Shown here: piece after piece, positions 47,714 to 59,505 of the stretch
Numbering within the stretch: position 1 is the stretch's first letter
How the letters are laid out: every line of letters starts with the position of its first letter
Source of the DNA: Scenedesmus sp. PABB004
Taxonomy: Eukaryota
DNA: 64,000 bases
Direction: 5' to 3'
NCBI GenBank assembly: GCA_014905635.1
Contig: JABVCE010000010.1
Coordinates: 1,054,001 to 1,118,000, forward strand
Made by a program: the position numbers and the translations under genes
The notes under the pieces: generated by a model
What the model was told of the DNA's origin: nothing
What the model saw: only the letters and a program-made list of their open reading frames with translations
Database searches by the model: none

Positions 47714-49831
47714 TCAGGCCGCGGCCGTGGCGGCGCCGGTCGCCGCCGCGCCCGCCGCTGCGCCGCCTGCGCCCGCCGCCGCGGCGCCCGGGCCGCAGGG
47801 CACCTTGCAGCTCGTCTTGCACCCGACAAGCATGTAGCCCGGGTTCTTGGCGCACTCCCCGAAGTACGCCCACTCGGCGCACTGCGCGCGGCGGCGCGGC
47901 CGGGGCTCGCGCGCCGAGCCCAGCGCGTGCGGCCGGCCGGCGGGCCGCGCGCGCGCGCGCGGCGCACCTGGTCGTTCGTGTCGGCGCAGCCGTGCGGGTC
48001 GGGCGGCGGCGGCGCCACGCCAAACGGGTGGACGTGGATCCACTTGGTGCACGTCCACTTGGTGCTACGAGCGCCGCGCCGCGCTGAGATGAGACGGCGC
48101 GCGGGCGGGCGGGGCCGGCCCGCACGGTGGGCCGGCGCGCCGGCGCGCGGCGCACCCGTTGAGCGTCGGGCAGCTCCCGTGCTGGCTCGCGGGGTCGACC
48201 TCGCCGTCGGGCGTGAGGCTGCGGGGCGGGGCGGCCGGCGGCTCGGCGCGCGCGCCGCCGCCCGCGGCCCGGCTGGCTGCGCTCTGGCAGGCCGCGCCGC
48301 CGCCGCCGCCGCCGTGGCGCCGCCGCCGCCGCTGGCGCCGCCGCCGCGCCGTCCACAGGCGCAGGGCACCTGTAAAAAAAGAGCGCGTCTCCGCGGCGCG
48401 GCTTGTTGGCGAGGCCCTGCCGCGCGCAGTCGCTCCAGCCCGGGCCGCTGACCTTGCGCTCCGCGTAGGGGAAGACCGTCTCACCGCCTGACACGGCGCC
48501 GCGGGCCGCGGGCCGTGTGGGCGGGCGCGGCGCGGCGGGCCGCGGGAGGGCCGTGGGCGGGCCTCAGCGCGCGCCCCGGCGGTGGCGGCCCCCGGAGCAC
48601 CCGGCGGCGCACCCTCGTCTGGCGTGCTGAGGTACATCAGCATTGTCACCGCGCGCTGCCCGCCAAACTCCTTCTTCTGGTTCACCTGCCGCCGTGGAGG
48701 GCGAACAGGAAAAAGGAGTGTGGCGGGCAGCGGGCGGTGGCGTGCGTGTGCGGGCGGGCGGGCGCGCGTGAGAGAGCGCGGCGCGGGCCGGGCCCGAGTC
48801 ACGTCCCGGCCCCCCAAGGCGCGAGCACACAGTCCAGAAAACAGTAAAAAATGACAGGCTAGTCCAACAGGCTAGTCTCGACAGTCACGACGCGCCTGGT
48901 CGTGGAAGGTGTCGTAGTGCACGTCATACTTCTGGCCGTTGACGTAGTGCAGCACCTGCAGCCCCTCCTGGTGCTCTGCGCGGCCGCGCCGGGCGTGCGC
49001 GCGGCGGGCGGGCGGGCGGGGCGTGGGGACGGGCGCGCGGCGCACGGGCGGGCGCGGCACGCGGCGCGGCGGCGGGGTCGGCGGCGCCGGGGGTCGGCGG
49101 CGCGCCGCTCGCGCACCCACGGGGATCATGGTGACGCTCGCGATGCGGCGCTCAATGCGGCGCAGCACCTCGTCGTGGCCGCGCCCGAACGCGGCGCCGC
49201 TGCTCGTGCGCACCTGCGCGCGGCGCGCGGTGGGCGCGGGCGCGTCGCACGCTGCGCGCGACGACGGGCGCGCGTCGGCGCCGCCGCCCAGCGGCGCGGC
49301 GCCCGCCGGCGGGCGCACCTCGCTGCGCTTGAACTTGCCGCTCTCGTTGTCCACCACGAGCGACACGGCGAGCTTGGGCCGCGACTGCGGGGCGGGCGCG
49401 GCGGCCGCGGGCTCGGCGGGGGCGCGGGCTCAGCGGCGCCCCCGCCGCCGGCGCCGCCGCCGCGCGCAGCCGCTGCGCCGCTAGCTCGTCGCCGCCACAC
49501 CATGGCTATGATGTGGTCGCACTCCTCGCCGCTGAGGAAGGCCTTGGCCAGGAAGGCGCGCGGCTTCCAGGACAGCTGCTCCACCTCGCCGCGCCACTCC
49601 TCCTGCCGGCGGTGCGGCGGCGGTTGCTGCGGGCCGGCCGCCGCCGCGCAGCGCGCCGCGGGCCCCGCCTGCCCTTGTCGCAGCGCGGCGCCCCACCTCC
49701 AGCGCGCCGTAGCCCAGCACCTCGCCGCCGAGCGCGCGCGCGAGCGGCGCGGTGGACAGCAGCAGCAGCAGCAGCGCGGCGCGCGCCCCGGCCGCCGCGC
49801 TCGCCGCCGCGCCGGCCGCCCGCGGCGGCAT
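47714..49831 (-). CDS. P4H: Prolyl 4-hydroxylase with a C-terminal ShKT domain
   Basis: Signal peptide; LSWKPRAFLAKAFLSGEECDHII; RTSSG; EGLQVLHYVNGQKYDVHYDTFHD; GGQRAVTMLMYLS; GGETVFP; HGSCP; KWTCTKWIH; CAEWAYFGECAKNPGYMLVGCKTSCKV. Confidence 0.92.
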
Positions 49832-50214
49832 GTCGCGGGCCACGCGCGCCACGCGATCGGACGCTTGCGGGGGTGGTGCGGGTGCTGGCGGCGGGCAGCT
49901 CGCGGCGGTTGCGGGAGGAGCGGCGGCGGCTGGCGCGGTGGCGAGCTGGGTGCCGCTGCGGCTGCGGGCGACGACTGGGCGGAACTGCACGGACGTCGGG
50001 AGGGACAGGGCGGTCGCCGCAGGCGGGTCACTCGCAAAACCGCCCTCCCGCCGGACTCCCCCGCCGGTCACGCTCGCTGCCCGCTCCCTCTCCCTGCTGC
50101 TGCTGCTGCTGCTGGCCGGCTGCTGCTCCAATCCCCGCTGCTTCCGAGCCCCGAGTGATGCGGTGCAAGCGAATCGACGCCCCGCCCGCGCCGCCGCGCC
50201 GCCCCAGCGCGCCG

Positions 50215-53153
50215 CTACCGGCAGAGCTCCTCGAGCTTGGTGCGCACGCCGGGCTCAAGGCCCGCGAGCATGCGCGCCCACGCCTCGGGCCCCACGCCGG
50301 CGGCGAGGTAGCGCAGCATGCCGACCAGCGCCTGGGCGAGCTCCTGGTCTGCAATGAACCGCCACGACACCACCGCGGCTGTCCAGCGCGGCCGACCAGG
50401 GCGGCGGCGGCGGCGGCGGCGGCGCGTGAGCACGCGCAGGCGAGGCGGGCGCGGCGCGGCGCGGCGCGGCGCGGCCAGCGGCCAGCGGCCAGCGGCCGGC
50501 GGCCGCACCCGCGAGCGGCGCAAACGCGTTGACCGCCGCCTCGGGCGCCTGCGTGACGACGGCGACGAGCCCCCGGAACGCCTGCTCCTTCTCCAGGTCG
50601 TCCCGGATGTTGCGCAGCGCGGCGCACCACGGCGACAGGAAGTGCGGCAGCAGCGGCGACACCTTTGCGCGGCGCGGCGCGGCGCGGCGCGCCGCGCGGT
50701 GGGCGCGCGCCGAGGCGTCGGAGCGCGGCCGGGCGCTCGTCGGCGCAGCCGAGGCGGCGCGCGCGGGCCTCGGCGCGCGCGCGTCACACCTGGTCGGGGC
50801 ACATCATCGCCGCGCGTCCGAGCGTGATCGCAGCGTTCTCCTGCAGGCTGCGGCTCACGCGCACGCCGCCCATCAGCGGCGTCGCGGCGGCCTCGCACAC
50901 GCGCGTGACGTGCGGCGCGAGCGCCGAGGGGTGCGCCTGCGGACGCGGCGGCAGCGGCGGCGGCGCGTCGCCGCTGGGCCTGTGCGCGCCGCCGCGCCCG
51001 CCCGCGCCGGCGCACAGCACAGCGCGCGCAGCGCGCCTTGATCATGAGCTCCCCGAGGCTCCACAGCGCGTTGTTGGCGCTCGGCATGTTGGCCTCGGTC
51101 AGCGCCGGCACCTCCATGCAGGCGAGGCTCGCCGACACAAACTCGGCCAGCCGCGGCAGCAGGTGGCTGCGGGGGCGCGGCGCGTCGGCGGGCACCGCGC
51201 GCGCCGCCGCGCGCCGCAGCCAGAGCACGCGCGGGCGCCGCCGCGCACCTGGGGCAGGCCTTGGCGAGGTCGCCGACGAGCGCAAACGCGCTCTGCCGCA
51301 CCTCGCGCGCCTCGTCGCGCGCGGCCGCGAGCAGCGCGGCCGGCAGGCCGGCGCCCGCGGCGGCGACGAGCGGCTCCACGCTCGCGCGCAGGCCGTCGGC
51401 GAGGCCGGCGAGCAGGTCGAGCGCGGCCATGTGCAGCTCGGCGTCGTAGCCGGCGCCGTCCGCCGACGCGCGCGCGGCCGCCTGCGCGCCGAGCAGGCCG
51501 GCCGCCTGCTCAAACACGGCGGGCGCGTAGGTCTCAAACCCGGGGCCCAGCACCGGCGCGACGTGCGCGAGCGCCTCCATAACGGGGATGGCCTCGCGCT
51601 CCCTGAACCCCAGCGCCTGCCAGCGGTTTAGCAGCGGAACCACGAGCGCCCGCGCCGCGGCGGGGTGCGCCGACAGCACGCGCCCGCCGAGCACGTCGCA
51701 CGCCGTGCCGACGGCGTCCAGGATGGTGCGCAGGTTGCGCCGCCCGCAGCTGCCCAGCGCGGCGGCGAGCGTCTCGACAAGCGGCTGGGGCGACGCGGCG
51801 CGGCGCGGCGGGCGTCGGCGGAGGCGCGGGCGCGCGCACGGCGGTGCCGCGGCGGCCGCGCTGCGCACCTGCAGGCGCGGCAGCAGCACGAGGCCGTGCG
51901 TCGCGGCGCCCGCGTGCTCCAGCAGCTCCGCGAGGCCGCTGCAGGCCGCCTCCTGCACGCGCGTGTTGCAGTCGCGCACGCGGCCCAGCAGGCCCGCCAG
52001 CACCTGCTCAAACAGCGCCTGTGCGCGCGAGCGCGGCGGCGAGGGCGTGCGGCGCATGTGCGCGCGCGGGCGGGGCGGGGGGGGCGGCGGCTCAGGTGCG
52101 GGGGCCCGTGCGGCGCAGCCCGCGCGCGGCTGCACCGGGCCGCGGCAGGCGGGGGCTGGCGCGTCCGCGCCGGCTGCGCCGCGCCGCACTGCCTCGTCCG
52201 CGGCGGCGTCCCACCTCGTTCTCGGGCGCGACCGCCGCGGGCCCGCCGTCGCGCGGCGGCTCGCTGCCGGGCGGCAGCAGCACCCACTGCACGTAGCGGG
52301 AGAGGCTCCAGCAGGTGATGATGCGCACCATGGGCCGCGGGTCCTGTGGCGCGGCGCGCGGCACGGCGCACGACGCGGCGGCGGGCCGGGCGCGTCGGCC
52401 GCGCGCAGCGGCGGCCAGCGCGGGCGCGCCGCGCGCACGCGCCCCGCGCCGGGCGCCGCCGGTGCCGGGCGCCGCCGGTGCCGCCGGTGCCGGTGCCGCC
52501 GCTGCGGCGCGCCTGCAGCACTGGGACGAGCATCTTGACCATGCCCGACAGGTATGGCGCGAGCCCGAGGTGGCAGCCCTCGCTGACCGCGCCGAGCGCG
52601 AGGATGGCGCTCTCGCGCACGCGCCAGTCGGGGTCGGCGAGCCGCGCCTCGACGATCGGCAGCAGCAGCGGCAGCACGTGCTCGTCGCCGAGCGAGTTGC
52701 TCAGCATGTCGAGCGCGGCGGCGCTGCACTTGCGCAGGTTCCACACGCGCAGCTCCTCGTCGTCGTCGTCGCCGCCGCTGCCGCCGTCGGCGTCGTCGCC
52801 GTCCTCGCCGAGGCCCGTGTCTGCGCGCGCGGCCGCGGCGGCGTCGGCGCGGCGGCCGGCGGCCAAGCCCCGCAGCGCGCCCGCCCGCCGCGCACCCTGG
52901 GTGCGGCCGCCGCGGCCCTTGGCGTGCGTGGGCCGGATGTCCTTGTCCGCGTCGGGCGCGCCCTGGTGCGCCTCGGCCTCCTCCGCCGCCGCGACCTCCT
53001 CGTCGTACTCGTCAAACACCTTTCAAGCGCCGCGCCGCGGCGCGGCGCGGGCGGCGGCGCGCTCGTCGCGTCGCCGCGCAGCGGGGCTCTCGCAGGGCCG
53101 CTCGCTCGCGCAGCGGCAGCGAGCGAGAGGGCGCGCGGCGGCGGCGGCGCGGC

Positions 53154-53190
<37 letters not shown>

Positions 53191-55406
53191 GCGGCGGCGG
53201 CGGCGGGCGGTGCGGCGCGGCGGCGGCGGCGGCGCGCGCACCATGTTTGTCATGAGCACCGGGATGAGCCGCCCGAGCGCGGGCACGAGCAGCTCCATGC
53301 CCAGGTCGCTCTCGCAGTAGGCGAGCCAGAACTCGGCCGCCTCGAGCGCGACGCCCTCGTCCGCGTCCTAAACAAGCGGGCGACGCGGGCGGGGGGGGGG
53401 AGCGAGGCGGCAGGTCAACGCACTTGTTTTTTGGTCGACAAGACTGCATGTTGGAACTGGAATTTAGAGGACAACCCGCATCAAAACCCCCAAATTCAAC
53501 AACCCGTCGATCAAACAGCGCACGCGCCTGGTTCCCCGCGAGCATGTACTCGATGAGCTGCGGCAGCTGGTCGGCCAGGAGCTCCGGGTGCGTCGCGATG
53601 AGGTGGCAAAAGGCGATGCACACCTCGCGCCGCACGCCCGCGCTCTCGTCCGACGCGAGCTTGAACACCGCCTGGCGGGGGAGGAGCGGGGGCGCGCGCG
53701 GCGGGGGGGGGGGGGGGGCGGCGGCGCGGGCGCGTGTGAGCGACTGAGCTGCTGGGGTGGCGAGGGATGATGGAGGAGGGCAAGACAGAGGCGTGGAGGG
53801 GAGAGGGAAGGGGAGGCATGTGCTGCTGATCAGTAGCCCGGGGCCCTCATGCGGGGTGAGGGGCGAGCGTGCCAGATACGGCAGGCTGCTCTGGCAAAGT
53901 ATCCCAATGCTCGCCGCCGAGGGGTGCGCGGCGGCGAGCTACGAAGCCTTGCCGTGCGCGCGGCGTCCGCCGCGTGCGCGCGCGCCGCGCCGCCGGCCGC
54001 CGCCGCCGCCGCCGCCGCTGCCTGCCGCGACGCCTGGCACCGCGCACCTCTGTGTACTGGCCCAGCGCCGTCACCATGCCGGTGGGCATCTGGCCGAAGA
54101 GGTCGTTCAGCACCGCCAGCGCGCGCCGCCGCACCTCCGCCGCGGGGCTGCCCAGCAGCACGAGCAGCGGCGGCACGAGCAGGCCGCTCGCGGCCACGGG
54201 CGTGGGGCCCCACGACGCGCCGACCAGCTGCGCGTCCATCTGCAGCACGGCGCAGCGGCGGCGGCGGCCACGCCCGCGGTGAGCGCCCGGCGCTGCTGCT
54301 CGCTGCCGCTCTGCGCCGCCGGCCCCGTCTCCCCCCCCCCGGCCCGTTGTGCGCGGCGCGGGGCTGCTTGCTGCTGGGGCGCCTCGGCGCGGCGCCGCTG
54401 GCTCACCTCGTGGGGGTGGTCCTCCACCACCTTGCTGAGGCTGTCCAGCGCGCCGTCCAGCGCCGCCGCGTCGGCGGCGGGCGTGAGGCTCGCGCTGAGC
54501 CAGAGCACGAGCTCCGGCCAGCCCGCGAGGCCGAGCGCGCCGACGATGGTCGTCGTGATGCTGCCCGCGGTGTGCCGCAGCACGCGCTCGGGGTGCGACA
54601 GCACATGCAGCAGGTCGCCCTGGCGGCGGCCGCGCGCTGAGCGACGCGCCGGCGGCGACGGCGGCGGCCGCGCGCGGCCACGACTGCATGCGCCACAAAC
54701 TGCAAACCCTCCCGCAAACACACGCACCTTGATGTAGTTTCGAAAGTCCTCCGACAGCCCCGCGTACTGCGCCTTGAGGTTGTTCTTCAGCAGCAGCCCC
54801 GCCGACTGCCGCACCTGCCGCCGGCAGCGCCGCACGCGCGCCGCGCGAGCGCGCGGGCGCGGTCGGCCGGGCGGCGCGCACGCGGCGGCGCCGCCGACGC
54901 CGCCTGCCGCGCCGCGCCGCGCGCAGGGCGGGCCGCCGCCGCGCCCGCACCTCGAGCGGCAGCGCGTCGCCCTTGCTGAAGATGAAGCTCAGATAGTTGC
55001 TGAAGTCGGGGACGTGCTTCGCCTGCTCCAGCTGCTGCAGGATCTGCGCGGCGCGGCGGCACGGCAGGGGCGGGTCGGCACTGCGCTGCGCCCGCTGCCG
55101 CCGTCGCGCCTGCTGCCGCCTCTGGCCTGCTGCACCTGCCCCTGCCCCTGCTCCCTGCGCCTGTGCTGCGGCTGCCGCCCGCCGCGCCGCGCCATGCCGC
55201 GGGGGACGGCCGCCGCTGCTGCCGCTGTCGCTGCCGCCGCCCGCCGCGCCGCCGGCCCCGCCCGCCCGCCCGCGGCGGTGGCGCGCTGCTCGCTGCTCGC
55301 TCCGGGCGCCCACCTGGCCCTGGTTGGCGCCGGGCTTCTGGTAGTCGCTGAGCAGCTGGCAAAGGTGCAGGTACGCCCCCTCCTGCGGCTGCCACACCAG
55401 CGCCAT
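50215..55406 (-). CDS. TNPO1: Transportin-1 (importin-beta2 family)
   Basis: MALVWQPQE; RQSAGLLLKNNLK; acidic loop DKDIRP...WNLRKCSAAALDML; WRVRESAILALGAVSEGC; VRIITCWSLSRY; VQEAACSGLA; VRQSAFALVGDL; NNALWSLGEL; LQENAAITLGR. Confidence 0.93.
53816..53954 (-). ncRNA. Putative intronic H/ACA box snoRNA/scaRNA, copy 2 (transportin intron 53672-54047)
   Basis: Identical to 9602-9740; 53811-54000 equals 9597-9786. Confidence 0.75.
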
Positions 55407-55743
55407 GGCGGCGGCGGGCGCTCTATGGGCCGAACTACCTCCTGGGCATGCCGCGGCGCGGCGTGGCTGGCCGGCGCGGAGGCGCAGGCGAGATGATCGA
55501 CGCGCGCGGACTGCCGGCTGCGCGCAGGCCTGCGGCAGGAGCGTGGCGTTCCAGCCAGGCCGGACGCGCCGAGTCCAGAACCGAGCGCGTGGGCGAGCGA
55601 GGTTCACCGCAGCGGCACGCCGCCACGGCACGCCGCCGCGCGCCACGCGGCGCCGCGGCGGCAGGGAGCGGGAGGGGCCTCCGGACGGCAGGGAACGGCA
55701 GGGAGCGGCTGGCGCAAAGTTGCACGGCGCACGCACAGCGCGC

Positions 55744-57026
55744 TCAGCCGCCGCCGCCGGTCGCGCCCGCGCCCGCGCCGGCGGCCAAGGCGCGCCGCGC
55801 GGCCGCCGCCGCCGCGGCGCGCCGCTCGGCGAGGCGCGCCGCAAACGCGCGCCCCGCCGCGCCGAGGCGGTTGATCGGGCGCCGCAGCCGCGCCACGAGC
55901 TCGTCCACGGCCGGCCGCGTGAGCACGAGCACGTCGCGCCGCAGGATGGCGTGCACCGTCGCGCCCGCGGCGGGGAGCACGTCGACGCTCGGCAGGTTGC
56001 CCGCCGCGCGGCGCGCCGCCTCTCCGCCGTCGGCGCCGCGGCGCCCGCTGTCGACGAGCAGCGCCGACAGGCGCTGCGCCGGCCGGCCCGGCAGCAGCGC
56101 GCCGAGCCGCGCCGCCATGGCCTTGGTCTTGGGCGGCCCCGGCGGCGCGACCGAGTCGAGCACGAGCAGGCGGCCCTCGTTGGCGCGCGCCGACAGCGCG
56201 CACTTGAGCCCCAGGCGGCGGACCTTCTTGGGCAGCGCGTACGCGTAGCTGCGCGGCACGGGGCCGTGCACGACGCCGCCGCCGCGCCAGTGCGGCGCGC
56301 GGCGCGAGCCCTGCCGCGCACGGCCGCTGCCCTTCTGCGGCCACGGCTTGCGCCCGCCGCCGCGGACCTCGGACCGGTCCTTGGTCTTGTGCGTGCCCTG
56401 CCGCGCGCGCGCGCGCTGCCAGCGCACCACCTGCGCGGAGTCGGCGGCGCGGCAGCGCCGGCGCGTGGGCGGCGCGCGCGGCAGTGCGAGCGGGCGGGCG
56501 GCGCCGCCGCCGCACGCCGCCGCGCCTGCCGCTGCTGCCGGCCGGCGCTGCAGCGCCTGCCCGCCGCCCGCACCTCGTGCATCACGTCCACGCGGACCGG
56601 GACGTTGAAGATGTCGCCCGGCAGCTCCAGCGCGCCGCGCGGCGCGCCGTCCAGGTCGGTCACGACCACGCGGCGCGGGGCGTAGTACTCGACCGGGAAC
56701 GGGTACTGCACCACCACGCCCTTGGACAGCCCCGGCACGGGCACGCCCAGCGCGGACGGCGGCGCGCGCCGCGGCGGCGGCCTCGCCGCGGGCGCCGCCG
56801 CCGCCGCCAGCGCGGCGGCCGCGTAGGGCTGCGCCCGCTGCACCTGCAGCGCCTGCGCCTGCTGCTGCAACCGCGGCGCGCCCGCGGCCAGCTGCGACGC
56901 CCACAGCCTGCAGCGCCCGTCCGCTGCCGCCGCTGCTCCGCTGCCGCCGGCCGCGCAGCAGCCGCAGAGCGCGCCGGCGGCCGCGTGCGCCGCGCCCGAC
57001 GCGCGCGCCCGCAGCGCCGGCAGCAT
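55744..57026 (-). CDS. rplD: Organellar (probably mitochondrial) ribosomal protein uL4; intron about 56432-56573
   Basis: [95 protein letters not shown]-terminal presequence. Confidence 0.93.
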
Positions 57027-57375
57027 GGCGGGGGCGCCGGTCGACCTGGCGGGCAGCTGGGGGCGCGGCAGCAGCGATCGGCTTGGCTTTCCGCCGGGGT
57101 CGAGCAGCAGGGGCTGCTTGGAATCGCGATGCCTTGTGGACGAGCCGGGCGCGGGCGTGAGCACCCTGGCACGCCCTGCAGCGCGGCACAGGCCGCAGAG
57201 CCCGAGAGGCGATTGAGCTGCCGACCTGGCGGCCCCGAGGCGCGGCGGCGTGCGCAGACCGATACGCCCATCACAGCCACCCATCCCGTCCCGGCCCACG
57301 CGCGCAGCCCGGGCGCCGCCACGCACGCCGCGCGCCGCAGCCGCCGCGACCGCTGCTGCCGCCGCGGTCCGCGCG

Positions 57376-59359
57376 ATGGCCGACGCCGACGACTGGGGCC
57401 CCGCCTGGGCGCTGCCGGGCTACCCGCAGCTGCCGCGGCTTATGACGGACGCCAAGACGGCCAAGAAGCGGCGGCACAGGGAGTTCATCGTGACCGAAGA
57501 CCTGCTCAACGCGCCGGTGCAGCTCGCGCGCCTCATCGGCGGCGGCGGTGCGGCGCGCGCCGCGGCGGCGGCGGCGGCGGCGGCGCGGCAGGGCCTGCGC
57601 GGGCCGGGGCCGCCCCGCCGACGCGGGCGCGGCTCGCGCGCGCCGCCCGCAGGCGGCAGGCGCGCCGGCGACGCGGGCGAGCCGGCGTCGGCGGCGGCGG
57701 CGGCGGCAGCGGCGGCGCAGCACGACGGCGGCGCCGGCGAGCCCAAGAAAAAAAAGAAGCGCAAGGACAAGCGCAAGGCAGGGGAGCAGCAGCAAGCGCA
57801 TGACAAGCAGGACAAGCAGCAGCAGCAGCACGAGGAGGGGGGCGAGGAGCAGCAGCGCCAGAGCAAGAAGCACAAGCAGCGCCACGCGCAGGAGCAGCGG
57901 CAGCGGCCGGGCAGCGGCGGCTCGCCGCCGCCCAAGGCCAGCAAGCGCGAGGCCGAGCAGCAGCGTGAGGGCGGCGAGCAGCAGGAGGGCGGCGCCGGCG
58001 GCGGCAAGAAGAGCCGGAACAAGTTCAAGCAGGCGGCGTTCCTGCAACAGCAGGCGGCAGTGGCGGCGGCGGCCGGGCAGCAGCAGCGCCAGCAGCAGCC
58101 CGGGCTGGCGGCCACCGCGCCGGCGACGCAGCAGCCGACAAAGCAGCAGCCGGCGAAGCAGCAGCCGGCGAAGCAGCAGCAGCAGCCGCAGGAGGCGGCC
58201 CTGGGCAAGAAGCAGCCCAAACGGGCGCTGGCTGTGCAGCAAGACGCAGCAGCAGAGCAGCGCCCCGGCGAGCAGCCGCAGGCGGCCGCCAAGGGCGGCG
58301 GCGGCGGCGGCTCCAAGCTGCTCGCGTCGTTCGCGGCGCGCCTCGCGGGCAGCCGCTTCCGGCAGCTCAACGAGGCGCTGTACACCCAGCCGGGGGGCGA
58401 GAGCTATGCGATGCTGCAGGCGGAGCCGGGCCTCTTCGCGGCATACCACGAGGGCTTCCAGACGCAGGTGCGGGGCGCAGGCGCGGGGCTCAGCGGGGGG
58501 CGTCGCTGGGGGCGTCATTCGGGGCGAGCGTTCAGGGCTCACCGCGGGGCGCGTTGACGTCACGCCAGCCGGCCGCGCGGGGGCTCGGGGAGCCACGCTC
58601 GCTGCGCGCCCGCGCCCGACGGAGCCGCGCGCGCCGCCGCAGGTCAAGGCGTGGCCGGCGCAGCCGCTCGACGCGGCGATCGCGTGGCTCGCCGGCAAGC
58701 CCGCCGAGTGGGTGGTCGCCGACTTTGGCTGCGGCGACGCGCGGCTGGCGGCCAGCGTGCGGCAGGTGCGCGCCGCCGCACGCGCCACTCTCCGCTCGCC
58801 GCGCCGCGCCCCCGCCCCACTCCGCGCCCCCTCCCGCGCCCGCCGCGCGCCCCGGTCAGCGCGTGCACTCGCTCGACCTCGTCGCGACGGCGCCGGGCGT
58901 GGTCGCGTGCAACATGGCGGCCACGCCGCTGGCGCCGGGGAGCGTGACCGCCGCGGTGTTCAGCCTCGCACTCATGGGTCTGGACTATGGCGACTTCCTC
59001 GCCGAGGCGGCGCGCGTGCTCGCGCCGGGCGGCTGGCTCTGGATCGCCGAGGTGCGCGCGCGCGTGCGCGGGGAGAGGGAGAGACAGGGACGCGGGCGCA
59101 CGCGCGGGCACGGCGCCGCGGCGCCGACACGCCGCCGCCGCCGCCGCAGGTGCGCAGCCGCTTCGTGGGCGCGGGCGGCGGCGAGGACTTTGCCCCCTTC
59201 CTCGCCGCGCTGGGCGCGCTGGGGTTCAAGCTGGTCAAGCAGGATGCAAGGAACCGCATGTTTGTGGTCTGGGTGCTCAAGAAGGAGAAAAGGGGCGCAG
59301 CCGCGGCCGGGCCCATCGCGTGGCCGCCGCTCAAGGCCTGCCAGTACAAGCGGCGCTGA
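57376..59359 (+). CDS. RRP8: Ribosomal RNA-processing protein 8 (Methyltransf_8)
   Basis: Lys/Gln-rich N-terminus; RLAGSRFRQLNEALYT; FAAYHEGFQTQVKAWP; VADFGCGDARLA; HSLDLVA; FSLALMG; LWIAEVRSRF; LKACQYKRR*. Confidence 0.92.
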
Positions 59360-59505
59360 GCGCTGCGGTGTGCTGTGGGTGGAGCGGCGCGGCGCGGCGT
59401 CGCGCGAGAGAGCCCGTGCGGCCCGGGACGCCCCCAGGCACGCAGCAGCGTGTGACGCGTCGTCTCGCCCGATTACCGCGCCGGCGCGGCGGCACGCGCG
59501 ACGTC

